Assembly (NCBI GenBank): GCA_964585785.1 | Contig: CAZPFL010000001.1 | Span: 3,219 to 67,218 of the forward strand | Length of the DNA stretch: 64,000 bases | Reading direction: 5' to 3' | From: an uncultured Rhodospirillaceae bacterium | GTDB lineage: Bacteria > Pseudomonadota > Alphaproteobacteria > UBA8366 | Part shown: one piece after another, positions 54,498-62,433 of the stretch | Position numbering within the stretch: position 1 is the first letter of the stretch | How the letters are laid out: each line of letters opens with the position of its first letter | Notes under the pieces: generated by a model | Databases searched by the model: none | What the model saw: the letters and a program-made list of their open reading frames with translations, nothing else | Told to the model about the DNA's origin: nothing | Position numbers and translations under genes: made by a program

Positions 54498-55619
54498 TCA
54501 GGCAGCCGGCGCTATCTCGATCCGCCGCAAAGCCAGCGCATCGGCGTCGAAATCGATGCCCAGGCCCGGCCGGTCGGGCAGGTGGAACAGCCCGTTCACC
54601 GGAACGGGCGGGTGGTCGAAAAGCGCATGCGTGCGCGTCGTTGGGTCGTTCCACTCACAGGGCTTGGTCGCGTGCATCTGTGTGGCGCAGATATGAAGAT
54701 TGGCGAGGTGGCCGATCATCGGCTGGGTCTGGTGCGGCACCAGCTCGACGCCATGCGCCTGGGCCAGCGCGGCGGCGCGCAAGAGTCCGGTGACGCCGCC
54801 CATCTTGACGATGTCGGGCTGGATCATGCGCACGCCAGCGTCGATCAGCTCGGCGAGCCCGCCCAAGGTGTAAGTCTGCTCACCGGCCGAGACGGTAATG
54901 GAAAGCTTCCGCGCCACCTCGCCCGTCGCCCGGACGTGGTAGTGCTGCACCGGCTCCTCGAACCACCAGTAGCCGAGCTCCTCGAGCGCTCGCCCGACCC
55001 GGATCGCGCCGCTCGCTGAATAACCATTGTTGGCGTCGAAGGCGAGGGGAAAGCCATCGCCGACCAGCTTGCGAACAGCGCGGGCCTTCGCGATGTGATC
55101 CGCAACGCCGTCGTCCAAATCGACGCGGTGGTTGTCGAAACGGATCTTGATGGCAGCCGGTTTGTCTTCCAGCCGTTTCTCAACGATGCGCAGGACGTCG
55201 TCTAGGCTGCGCCCGGCGCCATTGCCGCCGATCGAGGCATAGAAGGGGAGCGCGGTCTTCCATGCGCCGCCCAGCAGCTTGTAGAGCGGCTGCCCGAAGC
55301 GCTTGCCCTTCAGATCCCACAGCGCGATGTCGATAGCGGCGAGCGCGCCGGTCAGCGCGCCTTCCGGTCCCAGTTTGACGAGCCGGTGCAGGAGCCGATC
55401 CTGCAACACGGCGTGGTCCAGCGGGTCGGCGCCGATCAGCGCCGGCGCAATATTGTGCACGATCATGCCGAGCGAAGCGAGCCCGCCCTGCATGGGAGAG
55501 GCCTCGCCGATCCCGTGCACCCCGTCATCCGTCCAGATCCGCACGAATGCGCTGCGCTGGTCGGCGCGATCCTCCGGCGACCATTGGACCTGAAAGGCCT
55601 CGATGCGATCAATTTTCAT
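54498..55619 (-). CDS. mandelate racemase / muconate lactonizing enzyme family protein (enolase superfamily)
   Basis: 373 aa. MKIDRIEAFQV...VHGIGEASP N-terminal capping domain and FDANNGY, FEEP barrel metal-ligand blocks. Confidence 0.85.
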   Translation of the reverse strand: MKIDRIEAFQVQWSPEDRADQRSAFVRIWTDDGVHGIGEASPMQGGLASLGMIVHNIAPALIGADPLDHAVLQDRLLHRLVKLGPEGALTGALAAIDIALWDLKGKRFGQPLYKLLGGAWKTALPFYASIGGNGAGRSLDDVLRIVEKRLEDKPAAIKIRFDNHRVDLDDGVADHIAKARAVRKLVGDGFPLAFDANNGYSASGAIRVGRALEELGYWWFEEPVQHYHVRATGEVARKLSITVSAGEQTYTLGGLAELIDAGVRMIQPDIVKMGGVTGLLRAAALAQAHGVELVPHQTQPMIGHLANLHICATQMHATKPCEWNDPTTRTHALFDHPPVPVNGLFHLPDRPGLGIDFDADALALRRIEIAPAA

Positions 55620-56173
55620 GACGTTCCACTCCCTGGTGTTTTTATTGGATGGTAGCGCCTTCGCGGCGTCAGCGCATAGCGCGGCGCCGCAGGGGTGGCT
55701 TGGCGTGACGCATTAACATTAATACTTTCGAGTGAGATCCATGCACCGAAGGCCGCCGAGTCAGCTTCGCCCTTGATCCGCGGACCCGGCCGAGGCCGTC
55801 CTGCCGGGAGTGCCGGCGCCGGTCGCGGCGCTTGCGGACTAGATCGATCGACGATGTGCGACTAGATCGCAATTGTCTCAAATGTCGCTGTAATTCGACC
55901 TACCCTGCCGGGTGGCGGTTTGATCGACCTGCGTCGATCCGTCCCTTTGCTCGCCCGTTCGGTCCGGATGTATGTCTGAGCGGGTCTGTGGAAAGGCTAA
56001 TGATTCTAGTTCTTTGAGTGGGCGTGCGTGTTGCGGGGCGCTCCGCTGCTGCTGCCGATGAGATGTCTTGTTCGGCAGCGCGCGTGGGCGACCTTTCCGG
56101 AGGATCAGGGTTGCGCCGCCGTCACGGAACCGGCGGACGGGCGTTGCGTTTGCCATGTTACCGGCGTTGATCG

Positions 56174-57091
56174 ATGGAAAATGAAATCTTGAATACCGCA
56201 TCACCCCTGCTTTCCATCGTGCTGCTCACCTATGCGCGTGATGCGGCCGTTCAGGGATTGCTCAGCCATATTCGCCCATTGGTCGCGCAGCGCACCGATG
56301 TGGAGATCGTGCTGGTCGACAACAACGAAGACGAGCGTGATCGATCGGCGCTGCTGGCCGGCTTTCCCCAGGCCAAGCTGTACAAGACATACAAGAATCT
56401 TGGCGCCACGGTCGGCCGGAATTGCGGTATCGAGATCGCCACCGGGAAATACCTGCTGTTTCTGGATGACGACGCTGTCGTTTATCCGGCCGATTTCGTG
56501 GACGTGATCTTTCGGCTGTTCGACCGTTATCCGAAGGCCGGTATCCTGGCCTTCAAGAGCCTCGACTTCGAGACGAAAAAGCTCATCGTCGAGGAATTCC
56601 CGCACACCAACAAGCGCCTGCCGGCGGACAAGCCGTTCAAGACGTTTCGGTTCATCGGCGTCGCCAATGCGGTGCGGCGGAAGGTTTTCGAGGAAGTGGG
56701 CCATTACCGCCCTGACTTTTTCTATGCCGCGGAGGAATTCGATCTCGCCTATCGCGCCATCAAGGCGGGATATGAGATCTGGTATGCGCCGGACGTCTGG
56801 GTCCTGCACAAGCACGATCCCGCCGGGCGCATGCCGTCGATGACCGCGGTCGAAACGAATTACCGCAACAAGCTGCGGGTCGGCTTTCTCCATTTGCCGA
56901 GCCATATTCGCCTGATCAACATGCTGGCCTGGACCGCTTTCGTCATCTGGCGGTCCCGCGGCAAGGCGGCATGGCGGAAGGTGCTGTCGGAATTTTATGT
57001 CTGGGCCGCGTTGAACCGGCATGACCGGCATCCGCTCGGGCGTGAGGCCCGCCGCTATATCCGGAGCTGCGGCGGCGCGATCTGGCGCTAG
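56174..57091 (+). CDS. family 2 glycosyltransferase
   Basis: 305 aa. LLSIVLLTYARD, GATVGRNCGIEIATGKYLLFLDDDAV (DxD), and ED-type acceptor region AAEEFDLAYR. Confidence 0.85.
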   Translation: MENEILNTASPLLSIVLLTYARDAAVQGLLSHIRPLVAQRTDVEIVLVDNNEDERDRSALLAGFPQAKLYKTYKNLGATVGRNCGIEIATGKYLLFLDDDAVVYPADFVDVIFRLFDRYPKAGILAFKSLDFETKKLIVEEFPHTNKRLPADKPFKTFRFIGVANAVRRKVFEEVGHYRPDFFYAAEEFDLAYRAIKAGYEIWYAPDVWVLHKHDPAGRMPSMTAVETNYRNKLRVGFLHLPSHIRLINMLAWTAFVIWRSRGKAAWRKVLSEFYVWAALNRHDRHPLGREARRYIRSCGGAIWR

Positions 57092-57208
57092 CGGTTTCCG
57101 CCCTGTCGCGCCGACCGTTGGGCTGACAACGGGGCGCGCCGGGCGAAAATATATTATGCATACGGCAGTCCCGCGGCGCGGGTCGGAAATGGCATTGGTT
57201 CGAGAGGC

Positions 57209-58375
57209 ATGGCTCAAGGCGCCCCTAGCTTCGCGCGATTCGGATCGGCGCTCGCCGTTCTGTACCTGGCGGCCGTATTTTTCCTGCTACTTTATCCCTT
57301 CGACTTTTCGTGGCCCTTCGCCGCGCAGGACAACAGCGTCGCCTGGCCGCAGGACGGCGAGGGGGCGCAATTCGGCAAGACCGGCCTGCTCGTAAGCGCG
57401 TCGCCGCCGGCGAGCCTTTACAAGCGCCTTTCCGTCGGCGACCGGCTCAGTGTCGAGCTTTGGCTCAGTGCCGCATCGGCCTACCAGAAGGGCCCGGCGC
57501 GGATCATCTCTTATGCCCGGAATCCCTGGGAGAGCAATTTCACCATCGGTCAGCAGCGCAGGGACCTTATCGTCCGTTTGCGGACGACGAGGACGGACGC
57601 GGACGGCATCCCGAGCCTCGACGTGGGCAACGCATTTCATCCGGGCGTGATGCAGCACGTCGTCGTGACGCATGATTCCACGGAAGAGCGCGTTTATATC
57701 GATGGCAAGCTGCGTGCGGAATCGGCGACGCCGCGCGGCAATTTCTCCACCTGGGACCCGACGCATCTGCTCGCCTTTGGGAACGAAGCGGACGGGGGGC
57801 GGCCATGGGACGGCAGGATCGCCTATGCCGCGATATACGATCGTCCTCTGCCGGCTGAGACGGTTGCCGCCCGCTTCAAGGCGGGCTACCGCGCGGGCGG
57901 GCAGCCGGCGGCGCCGGGCCTTCTTCTCGCCTATGACTTTACGCATGGCTTGCCGGCGCAAGGCGCGGAGGGGACGGATCGGCGCTCGTCGATGCCGCGG
58001 CTGGAAAAGCCCGCCAAGGTGCCGACCTATTCCCGGCTCTTCTTCCTTTATATCGACGGGAAGATGAACTTTGCCGTGAGCTCCGCTTGGGACCTCATCC
58101 GCAACGTCATCCTGTTCGTGCCCTTCGGCGTCTTTGGCTTCGCCCTCGTTGCGCGGCGCACGCGATCCGCGGCCGCGGCGATCGCGGTGACCGTTGCCGC
58201 CGCTTTCCTGGTCTCCGCGACCTGCGAGGCGCTGCAGTTCTTCGAGAACGAGCGGACGTCCTCGATCCTCGATCTCGCCACGAACACGGGCGGCGCCCTG
58301 CTCGGCGCTTTCGGCTATTGGTGCTGGCTGCGGCTCGGCGGGCTGCGGCGCTGGACCGGGAAGCCCGTTCCCTAG
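57209..58375 (+). CDS. VanZ-like membrane protein with LamG/concanavalin-like domain inserted after TM1
   Basis: N-terminal TM LAVLYLAAVFFLLLYPF. A ~230 aa soluble region with LamG-like pattern (LSVELWLSAAS...RIISYA...HVVVTHDSTEERVYIDGKL...FGNEADGGRPWDGRIAYAAIYDRPL). C-terminal VanZ blocks NVILFVPFG and CEALQFFENERTSSILDLATNTGGALLG. Confidence 0.7.
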   Translation: MAQGAPSFARFGSALAVLYLAAVFFLLLYPFDFSWPFAAQDNSVAWPQDGEGAQFGKTGLLVSASPPASLYKRLSVGDRLSVELWLSAASAYQKGPARIISYARNPWESNFTIGQQRRDLIVRLRTTRTDADGIPSLDVGNAFHPGVMQHVVVTHDSTEERVYIDGKLRAESATPRGNFSTWDPTHLLAFGNEADGGRPWDGRIAYAAIYDRPLPAETVAARFKAGYRAGGQPAAPGLLLAYDFTHGLPAQGAEGTDRRSSMPRLEKPAKVPTYSRLFFLYIDGKMNFAVSSAWDLIRNVILFVPFGVFGFALVARRTRSAAAAIAVTVAAAFLVSATCEALQFFENERTSSILDLATNTGGALLGAFGYWCWLRLGGLRRWTGKPVP

Positions 58376-58474
58376 CCGGAGGCGGCGCTTCTCGTATCGT
58401 GCGCCAGTGCTGCCGGTTCGCGGGAAGGGCGCGCGACCGGTCCCATCCTATTGACTTTCCTTGTCGTTCACAGT

Positions 58475-59239
58475 ATGAACGACAACGTTCAACATATGAA
58501 CGTCATCGGCGTCGGGCTGGCGGGAAAGCGTGGGATGGCGGCAACGGCACAGGATGCGAAGGGCGGCAAGCGCGCCGAGAACGAAGATCCGGAAATCGTT
58601 CTCGGCCTGCTGAGCGCGATCGAGCTAGACAGCTCGGTCACCCAGCGCTCGCTCTCGAGAGAGCTCGGAATAGCGCTCGGGCTGGCCAATGCCTACCTGA
58701 AGCGCTGCGCCAAGAAGGGCTTGATCAAGGTCCGGCAGGTGCCGCTTAACCGTTATGCCTACTATCTGACGCCCAAGGGATTTTCCGAGAAGAGCCGGCT
58801 CACGGCGGAATATCTCACGATCTCCTTCAACTTCTTTCGCGATGCGCGGGCGCAATGCGCGGCGCTTCTCGATGGCGCCGCCCGGCAGGGATGGTGCCGC
58901 ATCGCCTTGATCGGGGCGGGTGAGCTGGCCGAGATCGCAGTGCTGAGCGCCGGCGAAACGCCGGCGGAGATCGTATGCGTGGCGGATGCCAGGGCGGCCG
59001 CCGGCCGTTGCGCCGGCGTTCCCGTGGTGAAGGATTTGACCGAGGTGCTGCGGCTTGCCGGTGGCGAGGCCGGGCTCGACGGCTTCCTCATCACCGATAC
59101 GCAAGCGCCGCAATCCGCCTATGACGCGGCGCTCAAACAGGCGGCCGCGGCCGGCTTCGCGGCGGATCGCGTGATGGTGCCGGCGCTCCTGCGGATAAAG
59201 ACACCGATGGCGTCGTCCGACGCGGAGGGCGGCCGATGA
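58475..59239 (+). CDS. winged-helix (MarR/EPS-associated type) regulator fused to a Rossmann-like C-terminal domain
   Basis: LGLLSAIELDSSVTQRSLSRELGIALGLANAYLKRCAKKGLIKVRQVPLNRYAYYLTPKGFSEKSRLT resembles EPS-associated MarR-type wHTH proteins. The C-terminal part carries RIALIGAGELAEIAV. Start is uncertain (ATG 58475; later ATGs possible). Confidence 0.7.
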   Translation: MNDNVQHMNVIGVGLAGKRGMAATAQDAKGGKRAENEDPEIVLGLLSAIELDSSVTQRSLSRELGIALGLANAYLKRCAKKGLIKVRQVPLNRYAYYLTPKGFSEKSRLTAEYLTISFNFFRDARAQCAALLDGAARQGWCRIALIGAGELAEIAVLSAGETPAEIVCVADARAAAGRCAGVPVVKDLTEVLRLAGGEAGLDGFLITDTQAPQSAYDAALKQAAAAGFAADRVMVPALLRIKTPMASSDAEGGR

Positions 59240-59736
59240 CTCTCTGGTATGTCGTCTACACTCACGCCAACAGCGAGACCAAGGCGCGCGAGCACCTGCT
59301 GCGCCAGGGATTTACCGCCATCCTGCCGACCTACAAGCGCTGGCGTCACCACGCCAGAAGGCGGGAGCTCGTCGAGCGCCCGCTGTTCCCGCGCTACTTG
59401 TTTGTCGCGCTCGATATGCTGGAACAGCGCTGGCGGCCGATATTGTCGACGGTCGGCGTTTGCGACCTCGTCCGCCGGGGAAATGCGCCGGCGCCCATGC
59501 CCTCTGGGCTCGCGGAGGAAATCAGGGAGCGGGCGGCGCTCGGTGATTTCGACCGGTTGTCGCCGATGGACGGCCTCCGCCTCGGGGACGCGGTTCGCGT
59601 GGTCGAGGGGCCGTTCACCGACCTGATCGGGCGGTTCATGGGAGTTGCGGACCGGGAGCGGGTCTTCGTCCTGCTCGACCTTCTGGGGCGCCAGGTCAAG
59701 ACGACGTTGGCGCAGGCCGCGGTCAGTCCGGCCTGA
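59236..59736 (+). CDS. NusG-family paralogue (RfaH/ActX-like transcription antiterminator)
   Basis: 166 aa. WYVVYTHANSETKAREHLLRQGFTAILPTY...RPLFPRYLFV (NGN domain) and GDAVRVVEGPFTDLIGRF (KOW). ATGA overlap with the upstream regulator's stop. Confidence 0.8.
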   Translation: MTLWYVVYTHANSETKAREHLLRQGFTAILPTYKRWRHHARRRELVERPLFPRYLFVALDMLEQRWRPILSTVGVCDLVRRGNAPAPMPSGLAEEIRERAALGDFDRLSPMDGLRLGDAVRVVEGPFTDLIGRFMGVADRERVFVLLDLLGRQVKTTLAQAAVSPA

Positions 59737-59905
59737 ATATTCAGACAAATAAATCTATGGAAAACAAGTATTTTTAAATTAATACTTAGGTAACTATAAT
59801 TTCACTTTTGGTTTGTCTCAAGAATATACTGTGATATACTTCACACAATATAATAATGGCATTCTTTTACTAAAATGCTGAAACACATGCCTGGGGAAAA
59901 TTGCA
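59737..59905 (+). promoter_or_regulatory. AT-rich promoter/leader region of the flp gene
   Basis: Strikingly AT-rich relative to the rest of the window. Two TATAAT hexamers (59795-59800, 59849-59854), inverted repeat AAGTATT-N8-AATACTT (59766-59787), tandem ATATACT x2 (59824-59840), and GGGGAAAA before the ATG. Confidence 0.45.
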
Positions 59906-60088
59906 ATGCTGGATCTGATTCGGGTGGTGATCCGCGACGAGCGTGGGGCGACAGCCATTGAGTATGGCTTGATCGCCGCATTGGTTTCAATCGCAAGCTT
60001 TGCGGCCTATGTGCAGCTGGGAAGTTCGCTCAACGCGTTTTTCGGCTATGTGAACAGCGGGCTGGTAGCCGCGAACGCGGGAAGCTGA
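59906..60088 (+). CDS. flp: Flp-family type IVb pilin
   Basis: 60 aa. RGATAIEYGLIAALVSIA contains the Flp prepilin G/xxxxEY processing motif followed by a hydrophobic helix. Confidence 0.85.
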   Translation: MLDLIRVVIRDERGATAIEYGLIAALVSIASFAAYVQLGSSLNAFFGYVNSGLVAANAGS

Positions 60089-60143
60089 TCCGAGAGTCGT
60101 GATCGCCGCCGGCGTTCGTAGCGACGCGATAGCCGGAAACACG

Positions 60144-60170
60144 AAGGGCGGGCCGATGGGCCCGCCCCTT
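60144..60170. terminator. candidate bidirectional terminator between flp and cspA
   Basis: AAGGGCGGGCC-gatg-GGCCCGCC(C)CTT, an 11 bp GC-rich stem with one bulge, between convergent genes. A T-containing tract follows on the cspA side. Confidence 0.55.
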
Positions 60171-60212
60171 GGCTTATGGGAGCCCGGCAGCCCGGGCTCA
60201 AGTCGGCCAAAG

Positions 60213-60422
60213 TTAGTCGAGCAGGGTGAGATTTTCCGCCGCAGATTTGCCGTTTCTGCCGGCGACGAGCTCGTAGGAGACCTTCTGCCCTTCGCGCAGG
60301 GTGTTGAGGCCGGCCCGCTCGACCGCGGAAATATGGACGAAGGCATCCTTCGCGCCGTCGTCAGGCTGGATAAAGCCGTAGCCCTTGGTCGGGTTGAACC
60401 ACTTCACTGTTCCGGTAGCCAT
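60213..60422 (-). CDS. cspA: cold-shock protein (CspA family)
   Basis: 69 aa. MATGTVKWFNPTKGYGFIQPDDGAKDAFVHISAV carries the RNP1/RNP2 motifs. The longer ORF-track start is discounted. Confidence 0.9.
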   Translation of the reverse strand: MATGTVKWFNPTKGYGFIQPDDGAKDAFVHISAVERAGLNTLREGQKVSYELVAGRNGKSAAENLTLLD

Positions 60423-60795
60423 AACTACTCCGATCCTTGATAGAGTTTCACGAGACACGCATCTCCCGGTGGATTCGCGTCGATTAACAGGTGTCACGAA
60501 TTGTTGGAGTAACTTGGCTAGGCGTTGTCGCGTCTACCTAGATACGCCGACGAATTGTGTAACCTTAACTGGATATGCTCCTATATTTTCTCGGGTTATG
60601 CAAGGGGACTCAGAGATCGACTCGCTCGGAAACCATCCTGACTACCCCTAAAGAGCCAAGGGAATGCCACTTCCTGCAGGTGTATCGCTGTAACGTTCGT
60701 GTCATGTTGCAGGTGCGAAATCGTTCACATCCGGCAGCCGCAAAACTGCCATATTGGGGAACGAATTTCGGCAAGTTGCGTTGGTACCTTGGCCT

Positions 60796-61467
60796 ATGGA
60801 TCACACAAGAATATACGTCGGATGGGACTGCCGCGACCAGCGCGCGCTCGACGTCTGCCTGTTCTCGATTCAGCGGCATGCCTCCGATCTCGTGGAAATC
60901 GTGCCCTTGAAGCCGAAGGCGGTCGCCGCGCTTTGCGGACCGGAGCCGGATCCCGATGGGGCCAAGCAGGCGCGCGCCCGTTTCCTCGTCCCGGCCTTGA
61001 ATGGCTTTGCCGGCTGGGCGGCGTTCGTCAGCAGCGACATGTTGTTCCAGGCGGATATCTATGAGCTGTGGGACCTGCGGGACGACCGCTACGCGGTCAT
61101 GAACGTCGCGACCGACGATCGCGGCCGGCTGGGTGCGGCGCCACGCTCGTCGCTGCTGCTGTGGAATTGTGGTCATCCCGCGAACCGCGCGCTGACACCG
61201 GAGAAAGTCGCCGCGGCGCGCCTTGATCAGCTCGCCCGATATGAGTGGCTCGACCGTGATCTGGTCGGTGCGTTCCCCGCCGCCTGGTGCTGGCGCGACG
61301 GCGTGTCCGACCCGGATCTCACGCCGAAGGCGATTGAGTTCGCGCCGGCGAAGCCGTGGACGGACGAGGCGGAAATCTGCCGTTATGCCGACCGTTGGCT
61401 GGACGAAGCGGAGCGCATCTTCGGGGCGCCCGCGCTCAGCCTCATGGGACAGACGGCCTCCGCCTAG
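60796..61467 (+). CDS. nucleotide-diphospho-sugar transferase-like protein (GT8-like), putative
   Basis: From ATG 60796: MDHTRIYVGWDCRDQRALDVCLFSIQRH...ARFLVPALNGFAGWAAFVSSDMLFQADIYELWDL. The layout resembles GT8 enzymes but has SSD where DxD is expected. Family call is tentative. Confidence 0.45.
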   Translation: MDHTRIYVGWDCRDQRALDVCLFSIQRHASDLVEIVPLKPKAVAALCGPEPDPDGAKQARARFLVPALNGFAGWAAFVSSDMLFQADIYELWDLRDDRYAVMNVATDDRGRLGAAPRSSLLLWNCGHPANRALTPEKVAAARLDQLARYEWLDRDLVGAFPAAWCWRDGVSDPDLTPKAIEFAPAKPWTDEAEICRYADRWLDEAERIFGAPALSLMGQTASA

Positions 61468-61503
61468 AGGCGCAGAGTCGGGCCGATCGCCAACACGCCC
61501 CCT

Positions 61504-62433
61504 TCACTGCAAGGCGAATCGAATCGGGATGCGCACGCTGGCCGGGACGGGCGCGCCGTTGCGGCGTGCCGGCACGAAGCGCCATCGCTTGACCGACTCG
61601 AGCGCGGCCTGGTCGAGAATGTCATAACCGCTCGACTCCTCGACGCGAACCACACCTGCCTCACCGCTGGCCAGAACTTCGACGTCCAGCACGACACGGC
61701 CGGACTCGCCGCGCAGGCGGGCCAGGTAGGGATAATCGGGCGCGGGGTTGTCGGCGCGTGGCGCCGCGCCCTGCATGCCGTCCGATCCGCTCGATGCATC
61801 GGCTGCTGCCGCGGAACCCTTGGGCGCCGCCGAATAATCCACCGCAACGGCCGAGGCTGACGTTTTGTCATGTAAGGCAGGGGCGGTAACGGACGGCGAT
61901 ACGGCAGCCGCTACGGCGTGCGCCAAGGGCGGTGGCGTAGGCTTGGCCGGCGGGTGCGGCACGGGCGACCTAGCGGGCGGCGGCGCGGCGTCCGCCGCTG
62001 CGGCCGCGTCCGGCGCGGGCGCTTGATGCGTCGCAACAGGAACCGGTCGCGCGGTCGGCAATAAAGGGGTATCCGCGCCTTCGGAAGCGCCGCCCTTCTG
62101 ATCCTGCGGGGCCGGTATTTTTTCCGGCGCGGCACTTTCCGCGGGCCGTTGGGCATCGTGAGAGACGGCCCGGTCGGGCGTCCGGGCGGTCAATTCGTCG
62201 GCGTGCCGGCTTCGGCTGCCCGCGGGTGGCGCGTCGGGTCCCTGGACCAGCACCACTTCCATCGTGACCGGGCTGCCGGCGCGCAAGGCGATTTCTCGTG
62301 TCGGCGCGCCGGAAACCGCCCAGAGGATCAGGCCCGCATGGGCCGCCACGGAGAACACGAGCGCCGCCGCGACCGTCTCCCGCGCGGCGGCTAGGCGTGG
62401 CGCGACCGGCGCGATGAGGCTGCCTTCGGTCAT
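61504..62433 (-). CDS. tonB: energy transducer TonB
   Basis: 309 aa. N-terminal TM, long Pro/Ala-rich spacer, and TonB C-terminal domain PDYPYLARLRGESGRVVLDVEVLASGEAGVVRVEESSGYDILDQAALESVKRWRFVPA. ATGA overlap with the upstream ATPase stop. Confidence 0.85.
   Translation of the reverse strand: MTEGSLIAPVAPRLAAARETVAAALVFSVAAHAGLILWAVSGAPTREIALRAGSPVTMEVVLVQGPDAPPAGSRSRHADELTARTPDRAVSHDAQRPAESAAPEKIPAPQDQKGGASEGADTPLLPTARPVPVATHQAPAPDAAAAADAAPPPARSPVPHPPAKPTPPPLAHAVAAAVSPSVTAPALHDKTSASAVAVDYSAAPKGSAAAADASSGSDGMQGAAPRADNPAPDYPYLARLRGESGRVVLDVEVLASGEAGVVRVEESSGYDILDQAALESVKRWRFVPARRNGAPVPASVRIPIRFALQ

Noticed and set aside
55914-55925. ops/JUMPStart-like sequence GGCGGTTTGATC in the GT2 upstream region, as a possible recruitment site for the NusG paralogue.
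   Set aside because: Only the first 6 of 12 positions match the enterobacterial ops element GGCGGTAGnnTG. Recruitment sites of alphaproteobacterial paralogues are unknown, so this is not callable.
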